Virus record (IMG/VR): IMGVR_UViG_3300024297_000001
Source of the DNA: a virus
Lineage: Duplodnaviria > Caudoviricetes
Strand: one strand, 5' to 3'
DNA length: 64,000 nucleotides
This document shows, in pieces, positions 19,279 through 29,208 of this stretch. Under the pieces are notes generated by a model. The model ran no database searches, was not told the DNA's origin, and saw only the letters and a program-made list of their open reading frames with translations. Both the position numbers and the translations under genes were made by a program. The first letter of the stretch is position 1. Each line of letters starts with the position of its first letter.

Positions 19279-20410
19279 TCTTATGTAATAATTCAACAGG
19301 CTGTTTTTGTTGAAACAAATTAAGATAATGTTCTCTATTATATTCTAATATAGTTGTAAGTTCGTTGTACATGTCTTGTAGTTCATGTATATTATAACTG
19401 TTTAGTTTATCAACTTCACCCATTGCCATTGCAAGTCTTGTTGAAGGATCTTCTTCGTTGTCATATGATTCATCTATAATTTGACTAAAGGTCATAAAGC
19501 CAAGTTCACGCAATAGTGCTAACGTTCCTTTCAAACCAACAACAATAAACGGGTGCTTATACAAGAAACACTTCAATGCTTTTTCTGTAAATGCTTGTCT
19601 ATTATTATCCCAAAAGTCTCCTTCAGTAACAATACTAAAATAACTTTCTTTGTAATAATCATCTGCACTTGGCAAACTTCTTGACATTGATTTATATGTA
19701 ACTTCGTTCAAGTCTAACTCTACAGGCAAGTTGTCTTGTAATAATGTTACAAATTCTTTTGGCAAATTAGTATCTAATAAACTTTTGTCAAGATACTTTC
19801 TATGTTCTTGTTGTGTGCTATTGCCGTTGAATACATGTTCGTATGCACCAAGTGGACAACTTAGGTATGTATGTTTAGCAATATCATTCTTTAACAAATG
19901 ATGTGTTACTTGTAGTCTATGCATACGTTCTTGCCTATTCAAACACAAGAACTTTTTCTTACGTAAGTTACTGTTACCATTCCAGTCTTTGTTAAGATGA
20001 TTGCGTATATCAATGCCGTCATATCTATCAAGATGTAATTGTACATTAAAATATATTTTGTTCTTTGTGTTAAGAAGTTTGTTGTTTGTTAGTATTACCC
20101 AGTCAACAATATAAGGATTGTCCTGTACAGTTTTTTCTACCAACGCAAGAAATGCATCGTCTGTAAGCCCCTCGTATGAGTCATCGATAACAAGAAAGGT
20201 CGGTATTTTATACGTTTTAAAAAAGTTAGTAAATGTTTCAAATGTGTAATCATTGTCTCCTACATATTCAAAGAATACTACAAGTTTATCTTGATTCTCA
20301 AGTACCTTATCATTATGTCCTTCAAATTCAATAATACCTTCGAAGTTCTCGATAAACGTACCAAGGCTTCTGGAATTACTATCCATTGTTATTAAAGGTA
20401 TTTTCTTCAT
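19256..20410 (-). CDS. Putative glycosyltransferase (GT-B, GT10/GT47-like)
   Basis: KFLCLNR..HR, YFSIVTE, FTEKALK..HPFIVVG and IDESYD. Confidence 0.5.
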   Translation of the reverse strand: MKKIPLITMDSNSRSLGTFIENFEGIIEFEGHNDKVLENQDKLVVFFEYVGDNDYTFETFTNFFKTYKIPTFLVIDDSYEGLTDDAFLALVEKTVQDNPYIVDWVILTNNKLLNTKNKIYFNVQLHLDRYDGIDIRNHLNKDWNGNSNLRKKKFLCLNRQERMHRLQVTHHLLKNDIAKHTYLSCPLGAYEHVFNGNSTQQEHRKYLDKSLLDTNLPKEFVTLLQDNLPVELDLNEVTYKSMSRSLPSADDYYKESYFSIVTEGDFWDNNRQAFTEKALKCFLYKHPFIVVGLKGTLALLRELGFMTFSQIIDESYDNEEDPSTRLAMAMGEVDKLNSYNIHELQDMYNELTTILEYNREHYLNLFQQKQPVELLHKINSFVND

Positions 20411-21270
20411 AGTAATTTTACATTCTTAACCACTGCTTCGTCTTGTGGTTTTAGTTTTGGATTAGCAGGACACATTGCACAAATGCTGTGTGGTTTGAAA
20501 ATGTTTTTAACAAATTCTTCAAGTTCACTTTCTTGTACATCAATGTTAAGTCCTTCGTAATCTACATATGGTTTCCAATCAACATCATCTATTTGTCCTG
20601 CTTTGCTCAAGTATGTACGCACCATACTAATAGGAGGACACTTGTATAACTGTCCTTTGTATATTATAGGATATATGTTTACACCACATGCTTTATAACT
20701 TGCTTCAGGATCTTTGTCAGTCCAAGGCTTTAGTTTGCCGTTGATCGTTTGTCTATAATCATACCAGCCACCTTCTGTAGGATCAGTAACTTCTACTTCA
20801 ACATCATCTTGCTTGTGTGCAATATCACTAACCATACTCCAGTTGCCTTTGCTGTAAAAAGCATTCCATAAATTAGTTTCAATAAGTTCTCTAACCTTAG
20901 GATTTTTATTATGTAAACTACAACTAATTTTTGCTCTGCCTATTTTCTTAAGGACCTTTAGTATGTCTGGACGCTTAGGTAATAAGAATCCGTTAGTATA
21001 AACTTCTATAACTGCATGATCAAATATGCGTCTTGCTTCTTTTAGTATATCGTATATGCGTGGGTGTAACAAAGGTTCACCACCAATGATAGTAACATGG
21101 TCTGGGTCAAGTCTTTTACCCCATGCTTCCATGTTCTTAATAATGTCTTCAAATGATTCTACGAAAGGTAAGTTGTGATCAATAAACCTATCGCAACCTG
21201 GACACGCCAGATCACAACTTGTCGTAATCATGTATTCAAGATTTGGTATATGATAACCGCGTTTACTCAA
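20407..21270 (-). CDS. Radical SAM enzyme
   Basis: CDLACPGC, GGEPLLHP, YTNG, with C-terminal C..KCP..CAMC. Confidence 0.9.
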   Translation of the reverse strand: MSKRGYHIPNLEYMITTSCDLACPGCDRFIDHNLPFVESFEDIIKNMEAWGKRLDPDHVTIIGGEPLLHPRIYDILKEARRIFDHAVIEVYTNGFLLPKRPDILKVLKKIGRAKISCSLHNKNPKVRELIETNLWNAFYSKGNWSMVSDIAHKQDDVEVEVTDPTEGGWYDYRQTINGKLKPWTDKDPEASYKACGVNIYPIIYKGQLYKCPPISMVRTYLSKAGQIDDVDWKPYVDYEGLNIDVQESELEEFVKNIFKPHSICAMCPANPKLKPQDEAVVKNVKLL

Positions 21271-22324
21271 AGTAACTTTCCAATGTGCCTTTACGTTTCG
21301 TATCTAAAGTAACACAATGGAAGCCACCACTCAATGTACGTGCTTGACGCATAGGTAATGCTATACTTTCAATTCCCCATTTATCTAATTCTTTACGCAG
21401 GTCTTCTTGATTCTCATCACAAATTACAAGTTTTTCATTAACACTCATAAAGTTCAAACCAATATATTTACTGCATGGCGAAACGTTGTTAGGCAAGTTA
21501 GTGCCGATGTCATGCACCTTATCACCTGGGAAGAAAATCTTATCCCAGTTTTTAAAGATAGGTGGATACCAGTCAGGATTAATTCTATCTCCGTTAAACA
21601 ACACAAGTCCAGGACGTAATGGAATTACTGTACTGTCAAAGTGTGAATAACTATAAAATTTTTCAGCAAGATGAATTTTATATCCTAAAGGTTCAAGGAT
21701 AGTTTTTAACCACTGTCCTCCTAATAGTGTACCACTGTTGCTAACTTGATAGATTAAATCCTTACCAAGTCTTACTACGTTGGGTGCATCAAATACAATT
21801 TCTTTGTTAACAAGTGTAGGAATACTTAGGTCCTCAAGTTGATAACTTTCATCAAGCAGTCTTGGACGAGGCGCACTAATCCATTGTGAACCGCCTGCCA
21901 TTGCTTCATATAAAAATTCTCTGTATGCTGTTGTTTCGTATTGTCTTGCTCTCATTGCACCTGGACAATCAATAATAAGATTGTTAAGTGGCAATAATAA
22001 ATCTCGTGGACAGTATGTGTACCAACCTGTAGTTTTCCAATCTGGAGAACCAAATTCTACGCTGTGATCAATTGACTCTGGACGTCTAACTTTAACTCCA
22101 AGGTTAGTTAAAAGTTTGGCAAGGCCATCAAGGTCCTCATTTGCTTCGTCAATTACCCACTCAGGACTTGGTCCTTCTAAGTCTTTGATGTGTTCATATT
22201 TGCAATCTGCAAATCCAAAACTGTGCGTTGATTTATCTACTGTTGGTATTCTTGCATGATCGGCGATACCCACAAAACATTCTTCTAATGGATCCCAATC
22301 ATTGTGACTGCTTACTACTGTCAT
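21263..22324 (-). CDS. Amidinotransferase (glycine/inosamine-phosphate family)
   Basis: SHNDWDPLEE, YCPRD, FDAPN, HFDST and GGFHCVT (Asp/His/Cys triad). Confidence 0.9.
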   Translation of the reverse strand: MTVVSSHNDWDPLEECFVGIADHARIPTVDKSTHSFGFADCKYEHIKDLEGPSPEWVIDEANEDLDGLAKLLTNLGVKVRRPESIDHSVEFGSPDWKTTGWYTYCPRDLLLPLNNLIIDCPGAMRARQYETTAYREFLYEAMAGGSQWISAPRPRLLDESYQLEDLSIPTLVNKEIVFDAPNVVRLGKDLIYQVSNSGTLLGGQWLKTILEPLGYKIHLAEKFYSYSHFDSTVIPLRPGLVLFNGDRINPDWYPPIFKNWDKIFFPGDKVHDIGTNLPNNVSPCSKYIGLNFMSVNEKLVICDENQEDLRKELDKWGIESIALPMRQARTLSGGFHCVTLDTKRKGTLESYFE

Positions 22325-22370
22325 ATTAATCTCCTTGGTTAGTATTCATATTTAAATGGCTGATATGAGA

Positions 22371-23246
22371 TTAAGTGCCAGAACTGGTATTGACTATTTC
22401 GCCTATTAGTTCGCTAATACACACTCTATTGACGTCACTGCCTCGGTTCCAATCTTTCCATTTGTCGTCTCCGATGCCAAACATAATGCAGTCTGTGGGT
22501 AGTAAGTTCTTATCTTCTATTGCTTGATTGTAAGCAGTTGCATACTGTTGCCAGTTCCAATCTACTGGAAAGTTTTGTATTAAACTATTTGCAATGCTTA
22601 TGTCAATTCTGTTATTCATTTCTACAGAATTAAACACATCAATGCCGTCATCTGTATCTACACGTTCACAACGTACACCTACACGTAAAAATTCTGCGCC
22701 ATAAAATGCTTTACTAATACTAAACGTAATAGTTTCTACGCATTTCCATTGTGCTAAATCTACGTTAATATTCTTTGTACAAGGATAATATGCAAAGTCA
22801 AGTAGCACAGGAATTTCTAAACTATTACAAATATCTAAGTAATATTCAAGGTCAACATGCTGTCTACCATAGTCGCTGAAAGGTACACTTGTGATTAACA
22901 CATCGTCGTGTTCAAGTGGTTCGTCTTCGATGTATTCCCAATCACACCCATGTTTCAAACATGCACTGTGATACATAAATTCACCTTTGTGAAATCTAAA
23001 ACGTTTGTTTTTGTGTCTAAAATAAAAATGATCAAAGGCTTGTACAGTACCGCAAACTAATTTTTGGCTTGGAAATAAATCAAGTCCTATTAGTTTATTA
23101 TTACCACTTGCACTAATCCAATCCATAAATGTTTTAATAAACGTAGATGGTAATTCTTCGTTATACAAATCATTTACAGGATTTAATTCTGTAATAAACT
23201 TTTTAATTTTGTTGTCTGTTACAGGTTTAGCGCCTCTTAAATTCAT
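22371..23246 (-). CDS. PLP-dependent enzyme (fold type I, aminotransferase-like)
   Basis: LLDFAYY and FSISKAF (Schiff-base Lys), then LRVG. Confidence 0.75.
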   Translation of the reverse strand: MNLRGAKPVTDNKIKKFITELNPVNDLYNEELPSTFIKTFMDWISASGNNKLIGLDLFPSQKLVCGTVQAFDHFYFRHKNKRFRFHKGEFMYHSACLKHGCDWEYIEDEPLEHDDVLITSVPFSDYGRQHVDLEYYLDICNSLEIPVLLDFAYYPCTKNINVDLAQWKCVETITFSISKAFYGAEFLRVGVRCERVDTDDGIDVFNSVEMNNRIDISIANSLIQNFPVDWNWQQYATAYNQAIEDKNLLPTDCIMFGIGDDKWKDWNRGSDVNRVCISELIGEIVNTSSGT

Positions 23247-23745
23247 TCTTTACTCCAGTTACTTGCATAGTGTACTTAGGTCTCATTCCGCTATTAGCAC
23301 TTAAATGCGGCTCATCTTTTTGAATAATAATTGCATCACCACGTTTCCATTTAGTGATAGGTGTATTGTTTATTTCAAAATAATGTCCACTCTGCCAGTC
23401 TTCTAAAAATATATTAATACGACAACATTCGTCAGGATCAACTCCGTAGTTTTTTGATATCATATAAAACGTATCAACGTGTTCTGGTAATACTTGTCCT
23501 GGTGCTTGTTGCATTACTGCGACAGTACATCTGTCAAATAACGACTTACCAAAATTAATAAAATCTTCATTATCTGGAAATGCTTGTTTGTACTGTGTGT
23601 TGTCTTTTGTATAACCTGCAAGATGATATTTTTTATTTTGTGATTCAAATGCAGTTGCTCTGCCTTGATCACTTACGTTATCTTTATCATCATAAAGAAG
23701 TTTTTTGTAATTAAGTTCTGGTATATCTAATGTTATTTGGTCCAT
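23227..23745 (-). CDS. Cupin/2OG oxygenase (Asp/Asn beta-hydroxylase-like)
   Basis: LPEHVD..PHLSANSG..YTMQVTG. Confidence 0.7.
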   Translation of the reverse strand: MDQITLDIPELNYKKLLYDDKDNVSDQGRATAFESQNKKYHLAGYTKDNTQYKQAFPDNEDFINFGKSLFDRCTVAVMQQAPGQVLPEHVDTFYMISKNYGVDPDECCRINIFLEDWQSGHYFEINNTPITKWKRGDAIIIQKDEPHLSANSGMRPKYTMQVTGVKNEFKRR

Positions 23746-24479
23746 GGTTTGTCGTATGCTACTTTCTCTTTGTCATCAAACCAATACAAACTTCTGTGTG
23801 GAGGATGTTTAGAGTCATGCTCTGCGTTACTAACATAATAGAACAAACGCAATGCTTTTCTACTTGTACCTTCTGGGTTTGTCATTGGCTCAGGGTAACC
23901 GTGAAATGCAAAGTTATCATAACTCCATATAACGGCATTACCTGCACCTACAGGAACTTTGCTATGTACAGTTTCTCTTTTTCTATCATAAAACTGTAAC
24001 TGTCCACCCCAATCTTGATCCCAATCTTCATTAAGATAGATTACTAAACTTACCATGCGGTGTAATCTAAGTTGTTCATTCCAATTGAAATCGCTGTGTA
24101 CTTTTAAACTATCACCTGTTAATGACTTACAATATCCTGCACCTATAAGATGAGGATCAGGTATTAGATCAACTGTGTCAGTAACGTCTTGTAACCATTT
24201 GATAAACTTTCCACTGTGTAATGCATGTATAACTGCATCTTGTACAGGCGTCTTATCAACGTTATTATATTCATACATACATGAACCTGCTCTTGTAAAA
24301 TGCTTACAGTCTTCAAGTGGAACTTCTTCCAACTCTTTAGCCATTGCTTTTACAAGTTCGTTTGGAACAAGGTTGTCAATAGTTAATAAACTATAACTTG
24401 GGTGACTACGATACTTTTGTTGTAGTTCGTATGTGTTTGAAAAATTCTTTTCAATATGATCTAAAAGTTGCTGTTTCAT
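23733..24479 (-). CDS. 2OG-Fe(II) oxygenase (prolyl-hydroxylase-like)
   Basis: VHSDFN, LVIYLN..WGGQL, FHG and RKAL. Confidence 0.9.
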   Translation of the reverse strand: MKQQLLDHIEKNFSNTYELQQKYRSHPSYSLLTIDNLVPNELVKAMAKELEEVPLEDCKHFTRAGSCMYEYNNVDKTPVQDAVIHALHSGKFIKWLQDVTDTVDLIPDPHLIGAGYCKSLTGDSLKVHSDFNWNEQLRLHRMVSLVIYLNEDWDQDWGGQLQFYDRKRETVHSKVPVGAGNAVIWSYDNFAFHGYPEPMTNPEGTSRKALRLFYYVSNAEHDSKHPPHRSLYWFDDKEKVAYDKPWTK

Positions 24480-24487
24480 ACAAGTAT

Positions 24488-25189
24488 TTAAACAAGGTCA
24501 GTAAAACGAGGTTCTTGTTTTGGTCCGCGATCAATAGTTCTCTTAGGCCAGTTGTGTCTATAAGAACTTTTATAATGTGTAATTTTTGCATGTAGTTGTG
24601 GTTTCTTAAAACGCCAATTATTATAAATTTTACAATCAAATAATTTAAATCGTGTGTTTTGTATTGTTACAATTTCGTTGGTCCAATTTGTAGGCAAGTT
24701 ACCTCTAAGAAAATAATTCATTTCTCTTTGATCACTTCTTCCTTGTTTTGTACCGTCTATCTTATTCATACGTTGACACCATATGTCTACAAATTTTAAT
24801 GTTGATTCTGTTTTTCTAAAGAACATTACACCTGCATTAATAGGTTGATCATTAAAAAACTTTACACCTCTTACAGTTACACCGATATCATAACTACCTC
24901 TATCTTGAATACCATGCAAACTTTGCCAAAGGATTGTATCAGCGTCCATCCAAACTACATACTCTCCTGCATTAACTTTGCTGAGAGCATCTTTGACCAT
25001 AAAAGGTTTACTTGGAATTTTTCTGCCTGCGTCTTCGTATACTTCACCAACAAAAGGTTCGCCATATCCTAATTCACCTAAATCATACACATGATATTTT
25101 TGTCTTAGATCAACAAGTGAACGTACTAATACATCACACATATTCTTAAATTTTTTATTTGCGGCAGTTATTACTAATATATCATTCAT
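24488..25189 (-). CDS. Nucleotide-diphospho-sugar transferase (GT77-like)
   Basis: WMDAD, INAGVMFFR and DQREMN. Confidence 0.75.
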   Translation of the reverse strand: MNDILVITAANKKFKNMCDVLVRSLVDLRQKYHVYDLGELGYGEPFVGEVYEDAGRKIPSKPFMVKDALSKVNAGEYVVWMDADTILWQSLHGIQDRGSYDIGVTVRGVKFFNDQPINAGVMFFRKTESTLKFVDIWCQRMNKIDGTKQGRSDQREMNYFLRGNLPTNWTNEIVTIQNTRFKLFDCKIYNNWRFKKPQLHAKITHYKSSYRHNWPKRTIDRGPKQEPRFTDLV

Positions 25190-25898
25190 TTTCTAATACC
25201 GTTAGTTTTTTGTAATTAAACAATTTACATTTATACTCTGTTAGTAAAGGTTGCACAGTTCTATTGTCTTCAATAAAATATACAAACTGTTTTGACAAGT
25301 GCGGCATAAGTGTATCTAATGTATTTGTAATACTACTATCACTATGATGTCCATCATCAATTGCAATGTCTATTGTTCTACCTTTTAGAATTTCGTTAAT
25401 TTTTTCTTGGTTATCTGCAAATTGATCGTACTCATAAAGTTCAGGTGCCTTATGTTGAAATGCTCCTTTGTCTTTTAAGAATTGTAAATTATTTTGTGTA
25501 TGACTTACGTCAATATCTAATCCAATAATATCTGCATTAGGAAACAATTGACTCCATATTGCTAATCCTGTGCCTTTCAATATACCACATTCTACAATAG
25601 TTTTTATGTTAGTACGGTCCATTAAATGTTTACTATAGTAAGTTGCATATCCATGACGGGTCATACGATCACCTCCTGACATACCTGCAGGATTTAATTT
25701 TGTTTTAGGTGCAAGTGGACTTACTTTGTTACGTGGCACAGTGTTATGATAGCCACCAAAGTTTTCTTCCATTTGTTGCAACCATTGTACTGATCCTACT
25801 TTAATCATACGTTCCCTTTTGTGTAGTTTAGATTGTGCTAAACCTATTTTCAATATTTCTTCTTCCTTTGGCCATTCTTCATCAAAGTATCTGGTCAT
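25182..25898 (-). CDS. Class I SAM methyltransferase (sugar O-methyltransferase-like)
   Basis: VECGILKG, GLDI and IDDGHH. Confidence 0.7.
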   Translation of the reverse strand: MTRYFDEEWPKEEEILKIGLAQSKLHKRERMIKVGSVQWLQQMEENFGGYHNTVPRNKVSPLAPKTKLNPAGMSGGDRMTRHGYATYYSKHLMDRTNIKTIVECGILKGTGLAIWSQLFPNADIIGLDIDVSHTQNNLQFLKDKGAFQHKAPELYEYDQFADNQEKINEILKGRTIDIAIDDGHHSDSSITNTLDTLMPHLSKQFVYFIEDNRTVQPLLTEYKCKLFNYKKLTVLENE

Positions 25899-26680
25899 GC
25901 TAAAACTGGTTCCTTGGTAGTTGTTAAATTAATATCTAACATTTCTCCAAACTTTAAATTATCAGGAGTTTTGTAACAACCGCCTCCTGGCCAAAAAGTA
26001 AGTTCACCTAATTTAGGCTGTCCTTCCCAATATAAATCAACTCTAATATATTTCCATCTTGCAGATATCTTTTCTGCTATCTTTTTCATTTCAAAAAAGT
26101 TTTCTAAGCCATCAAATGGTTCTTGTTCTACGTGTTTCATTGTGTGTACTAAATGCAATGGTGTAGTTTTTCCATTAGGATCTAATATAGATTCTTTCTT
26201 TTTACCACCATGTCTATCCCAAGTCATAGTTACCCATTTTACTTCACCATGCACACAATTAAATTTATAGTCAACGCCTGTGCCTTCTAATTTAACTTCT
26301 TTAACTACGCCAGGTGTAATAAGTCTATATGCCCATTCGCCTTTGCCTTTTCCGTAAGGCTTAGATGCTTTTGCTTTACAAAATTCTTCTGCTTCTAATT
26401 CTTCTTGTTTGTTATTAGCAAAACGCACACCACCTGAGCCGTTGTTTGCTTTAATAACCATAGGGTATGTTGTTGTGTTAGGTATAATTAAATCATTGCC
26501 AAAGTCTTTAGAAATAAAATCTTTGACTGCTAATTTATCACAACAAGTAATTTGATCTTTGTCTTGATCGTAAATTTTTAACCAAGCAATTTTTTCGTTG
26601 AATGTTTTTGGATTATCTATGTTAGGCCAAGTACCTAACTTCTTTTTATGCCAGTGAGTTGCTTCGTGCTTAATGCTCAT
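25895..26680 (-). CDS. TupA-like ATP-grasp amide ligase
   Basis: PKTFNEKI, DKLAVKDF, KANNGSG, DYKF, RVDLY and GELTF. The likely start is ATG 26680. Confidence 0.85.
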   Translation of the reverse strand: MSIKHEATHWHKKKLGTWPNIDNPKTFNEKIAWLKIYDQDKDQITCCDKLAVKDFISKDFGNDLIIPNTTTYPMVIKANNGSGGVRFANNKQEELEAEEFCKAKASKPYGKGKGEWAYRLITPGVVKEVKLEGTGVDYKFNCVHGEVKWVTMTWDRHGGKKKESILDPNGKTTPLHLVHTMKHVEQEPFDGLENFFEMKKIAEKISARWKYIRVDLYWEGQPKLGELTFWPGGGCYKTPDNLKFGEMLDINLTTTKEPVLA

Positions 26681-27380
26681 GATATAGTTCTCTAATGATA
26701 TCAATTTTTTGTTGATATGCATTAAGACCTACAATATCTTCTTCAATAGTTTCCTCTGGAGCAAAGATGTAACAAGTTTTACTTTTTACTAAGATAGGAT
26801 GGTATCTTAAATTATGGAAATAAGAAATCATTTCATTTACATCTTGATTAGGTTCAAACACTACCCACGGTCTAAACTTTTCTATTGTTTTCATTGCGCC
26901 TTGTATTACAGGCCATTCATAGCCTTGCACATCAATTTTTATTAAACTACATGACTCTAAATTTTCGTCATCTAATTTTTTTACTCTAATAGTATATGAA
27001 TGTTTTTTCTTTTTATTTACAATGTGTGCATTACCACAGTTATCATCACTGTCTACAAATTCTGCTTCTGTGTTTTCGTTACCAAGACCATATTCACGTA
27101 TATCACCTTCGCCTTGCATATTTTTATACAAGCATTCTAAATTACGTGGACTTGGTTCGTAACTAATAACTTTTTTAAATTTGTCTTTAAATGGATACGA
27201 CCATATACCAATGTTTGCACCTACATCAATAAATGTTTTGAATTCTTTAATATTTTCTAAAATTTTGCTACGAACACGTTCTTCGTATGTTGGGTTATTT
27301 TGATCTTCGTTATCAGCAACATGACTTGTAATTTTTATTTCGTTATCAGGTACCCACCAACCGTTATCTAAGTGCTTCAT
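26670..27380 (-). CDS. FkbM-family methyltransferase
   Basis: FIDVGANIG, YEP and IKIDVQGYE. Confidence 0.9.
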   Translation of the reverse strand: MKHLDNGWWVPDNEIKITSHVADNEDQNNPTYEERVRSKILENIKEFKTFIDVGANIGIWSYPFKDKFKKVISYEPSPRNLECLYKNMQGEGDIREYGLGNENTEAEFVDSDDNCGNAHIVNKKKKHSYTIRVKKLDDENLESCSLIKIDVQGYEWPVIQGAMKTIEKFRPWVVFEPNQDVNEMISYFHNLRYHPILVKSKTCYIFAPEETIEEDIVGLNAYQQKIDIIRELYHEH

Positions 27381-27829
27381 ATTGTAGCGTCTTCCATACC
27401 TGCTACACGTAACTTAACAATGTTAGTAATTTGCCATTGCTTCTGATCTAAGCCTTTAGTAATACCTAACCATTTGTTACGCATTAGTGCAAATTCATTA
27501 ATGATCTTTTCCATATCAACTACATCTGCTTCACCGTCAACATACTTTTCTACATCACGACTTGACAATGCTCGTTGATAATTTTCAAGATACTTCTTAA
27601 AAAACGTACTACGTAATCTACGTAATTCGATGTTAAGATATTCTAATATTGCTTCAAGTTCTTGTAACTGATTAAAACGTTGTTCGACAAGGCCGGGCAT
27701 TTCTGCCGCGGCCTTCTCAAGACTTCCGAATATACGGATTTCTTTTTTAGCCTGTAATAACTGATCGTTATAATAGTCTAACGCCTCAGGTATTTTACTA
27801 ATATCTTTTGATATTTGGCTATACCACAT
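27377..27829 (-). CDS. uvsY: Recombination mediator UvsY
   Basis: ALSSRDVEKYVDGE..LDQKQWQITN, in the gp32-uvsX context. The likely start is ATG 27829. Confidence 0.75.
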   Translation of the reverse strand: MWYSQISKDISKIPEALDYYNDQLLQAKKEIRIFGSLEKAAAEMPGLVEQRFNQLQELEAILEYLNIELRRLRSTFFKKYLENYQRALSSRDVEKYVDGEADVVDMEKIINEFALMRNKWLGITKGLDQKQWQITNIVKLRVAGMEDATI

Positions 27830-27831
27830 AG

Positions 27832-28059
27832 TTAATCCCAATCGTCATCGTCAGCAGTCAATTCCTCATCAATATCAAGATAGTAGTTAATTGCCGCATC
27901 AAGATGATCATCTGTACCTAAACTCTCTTTAAGTGCTTCATCGGACACACCATAATCTGCAAGTAAGTCAACAAATCTTTCTGCTAACGTTTCTATTTGC
28001 TTTTTATCTGTATGTTCTTTAAAAAGATTCCAGGTATCTACGATTTGTGAACTATCCAT
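27832..28059 (-). CDS. Small acidic hypothetical protein
   Basis: 75 aa between uvsX and uvsY. Confidence 0.65.
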   Translation of the reverse strand: MDSSQIVDTWNLFKEHTDKKQIETLAERFVDLLADYGVSDEALKESLGTDDHLDAAINYYLDIDEELTADDDDWD

Positions 28060-28066
28060 ACTTAAC

Positions 28067-29152
28067 TTACTCCTCTGTGACTGGTTCGATTGTTTCGGGT
28101 GCCTCTTCCTCTACATCAGTAATTACCTCTGACTGAACTTCACTGAACTCGTTCATGACTCTGTCAAGTAAAGGTCCGCCGGCTTCCCATGCTTTACGAT
28201 ATTCCTTAATTTCTTCTCCATCTTTGGATACAAATTTAAGTCTGTTACCGTCTTTCTTAAGCATATCTTTTTTCTCAAACAAATCAACAAGTCCACTGTA
28301 AGGATTCATTCCTGTTTCATATGGAATTTTAACTTGTACACCTTCGAACGGTTTTGCGTAACGTGTCTTCATTACTTTACAACCTGCTCTAATACCACGT
28401 ACTTCGCTAATCTTATTACCTGCTTCATCTTCTTTTAGTTTCAATTTCTTCATTGCTACTACAATAGATGACGCATAGATAAATCCTTGTCCACCACTAA
28501 TTTTATCATCAGGGTCAAACATATCTTGCGATGCATACGTATGGTTAGTACATACAAGTCCTACATTGTGTGAGCCAATCATGTTAACTGTGTTTCTTAC
28601 AAGTGATGTAAGTGCTTTAGGTTTTCTACCCATGTCACCCTTCATATCACCTTTGTTAAACTGGTCAACATCAGTTGGTGTTAACAACATACCTAAACTA
28701 TCAATTACAAATAATACTTTAGGACGTTCTTCTTCCGACATTTCTTTGTAATCTGCCATAAACGTTGACACTGTTTTAGCAACATCATCAATCATTGACA
28801 TATTAAGTTTTAGTAGTTTGCTTTCGCTTGTATCAACATCAAGTGCTTGTAGCCAAGTTTCATCAAGTGCGTTCTCACTGTCAATTAGTACAACAAAGAT
28901 ACCTTGATCTTGTGCCGCCTTTACAATGTTACCTGCACAGATATAACTCTTACCTGCTCCTGACTCTCCTGCAAATACAGTTACCTTACCTAATGGAACA
29001 CCTTTGTGGAAGTCGCCACTAATAAGATAATTTAAGGCATAGTTTCCTGTACTAATCCAATCAGTAGGATCGTTAAAACCACTACTCATGCCTGTGATCG
29101 ATTTAGTCAAGTTTTTACGAAACTTGGAAACGTCAAATGCTTTATTAGCCAT
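28067..29152 (-). CDS. uvsX: RecA-like recombinase UvsX
   Basis: AGESGAGKS, IDSENA, IDSLGML, NHTY, ISGG and KTRY. Confidence 0.92.
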   Translation of the reverse strand: MANKAFDVSKFRKNLTKSITGMSSGFNDPTDWISTGNYALNYLISGDFHKGVPLGKVTVFAGESGAGKSYICAGNIVKAAQDQGIFVVLIDSENALDETWLQALDVDTSESKLLKLNMSMIDDVAKTVSTFMADYKEMSEEERPKVLFVIDSLGMLLTPTDVDQFNKGDMKGDMGRKPKALTSLVRNTVNMIGSHNVGLVCTNHTYASQDMFDPDDKISGGQGFIYASSIVVAMKKLKLKEDEAGNKISEVRGIRAGCKVMKTRYAKPFEGVQVKIPYETGMNPYSGLVDLFEKKDMLKKDGNRLKFVSKDGEEIKEYRKAWEAGGPLLDRVMNEFSEVQSEVITDVEEEAPETIEPVTEE

Positions 29153-29173
29153 ATTATCTCCTTATTCAGATAA

Positions 29174-29195
29174 TGTGTGGGGTTGCCCCCACACA
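29174..29195 (-). terminator. GC-rich hairpin between gp32 and uvsX
   Basis: TGTGTGGGG-GCAA-CCCCACACA on the minus strand, with only a weak U tract. Confidence 0.5.
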
Positions 29196-29208
29196 CTGTA
29201 CTGCTATA

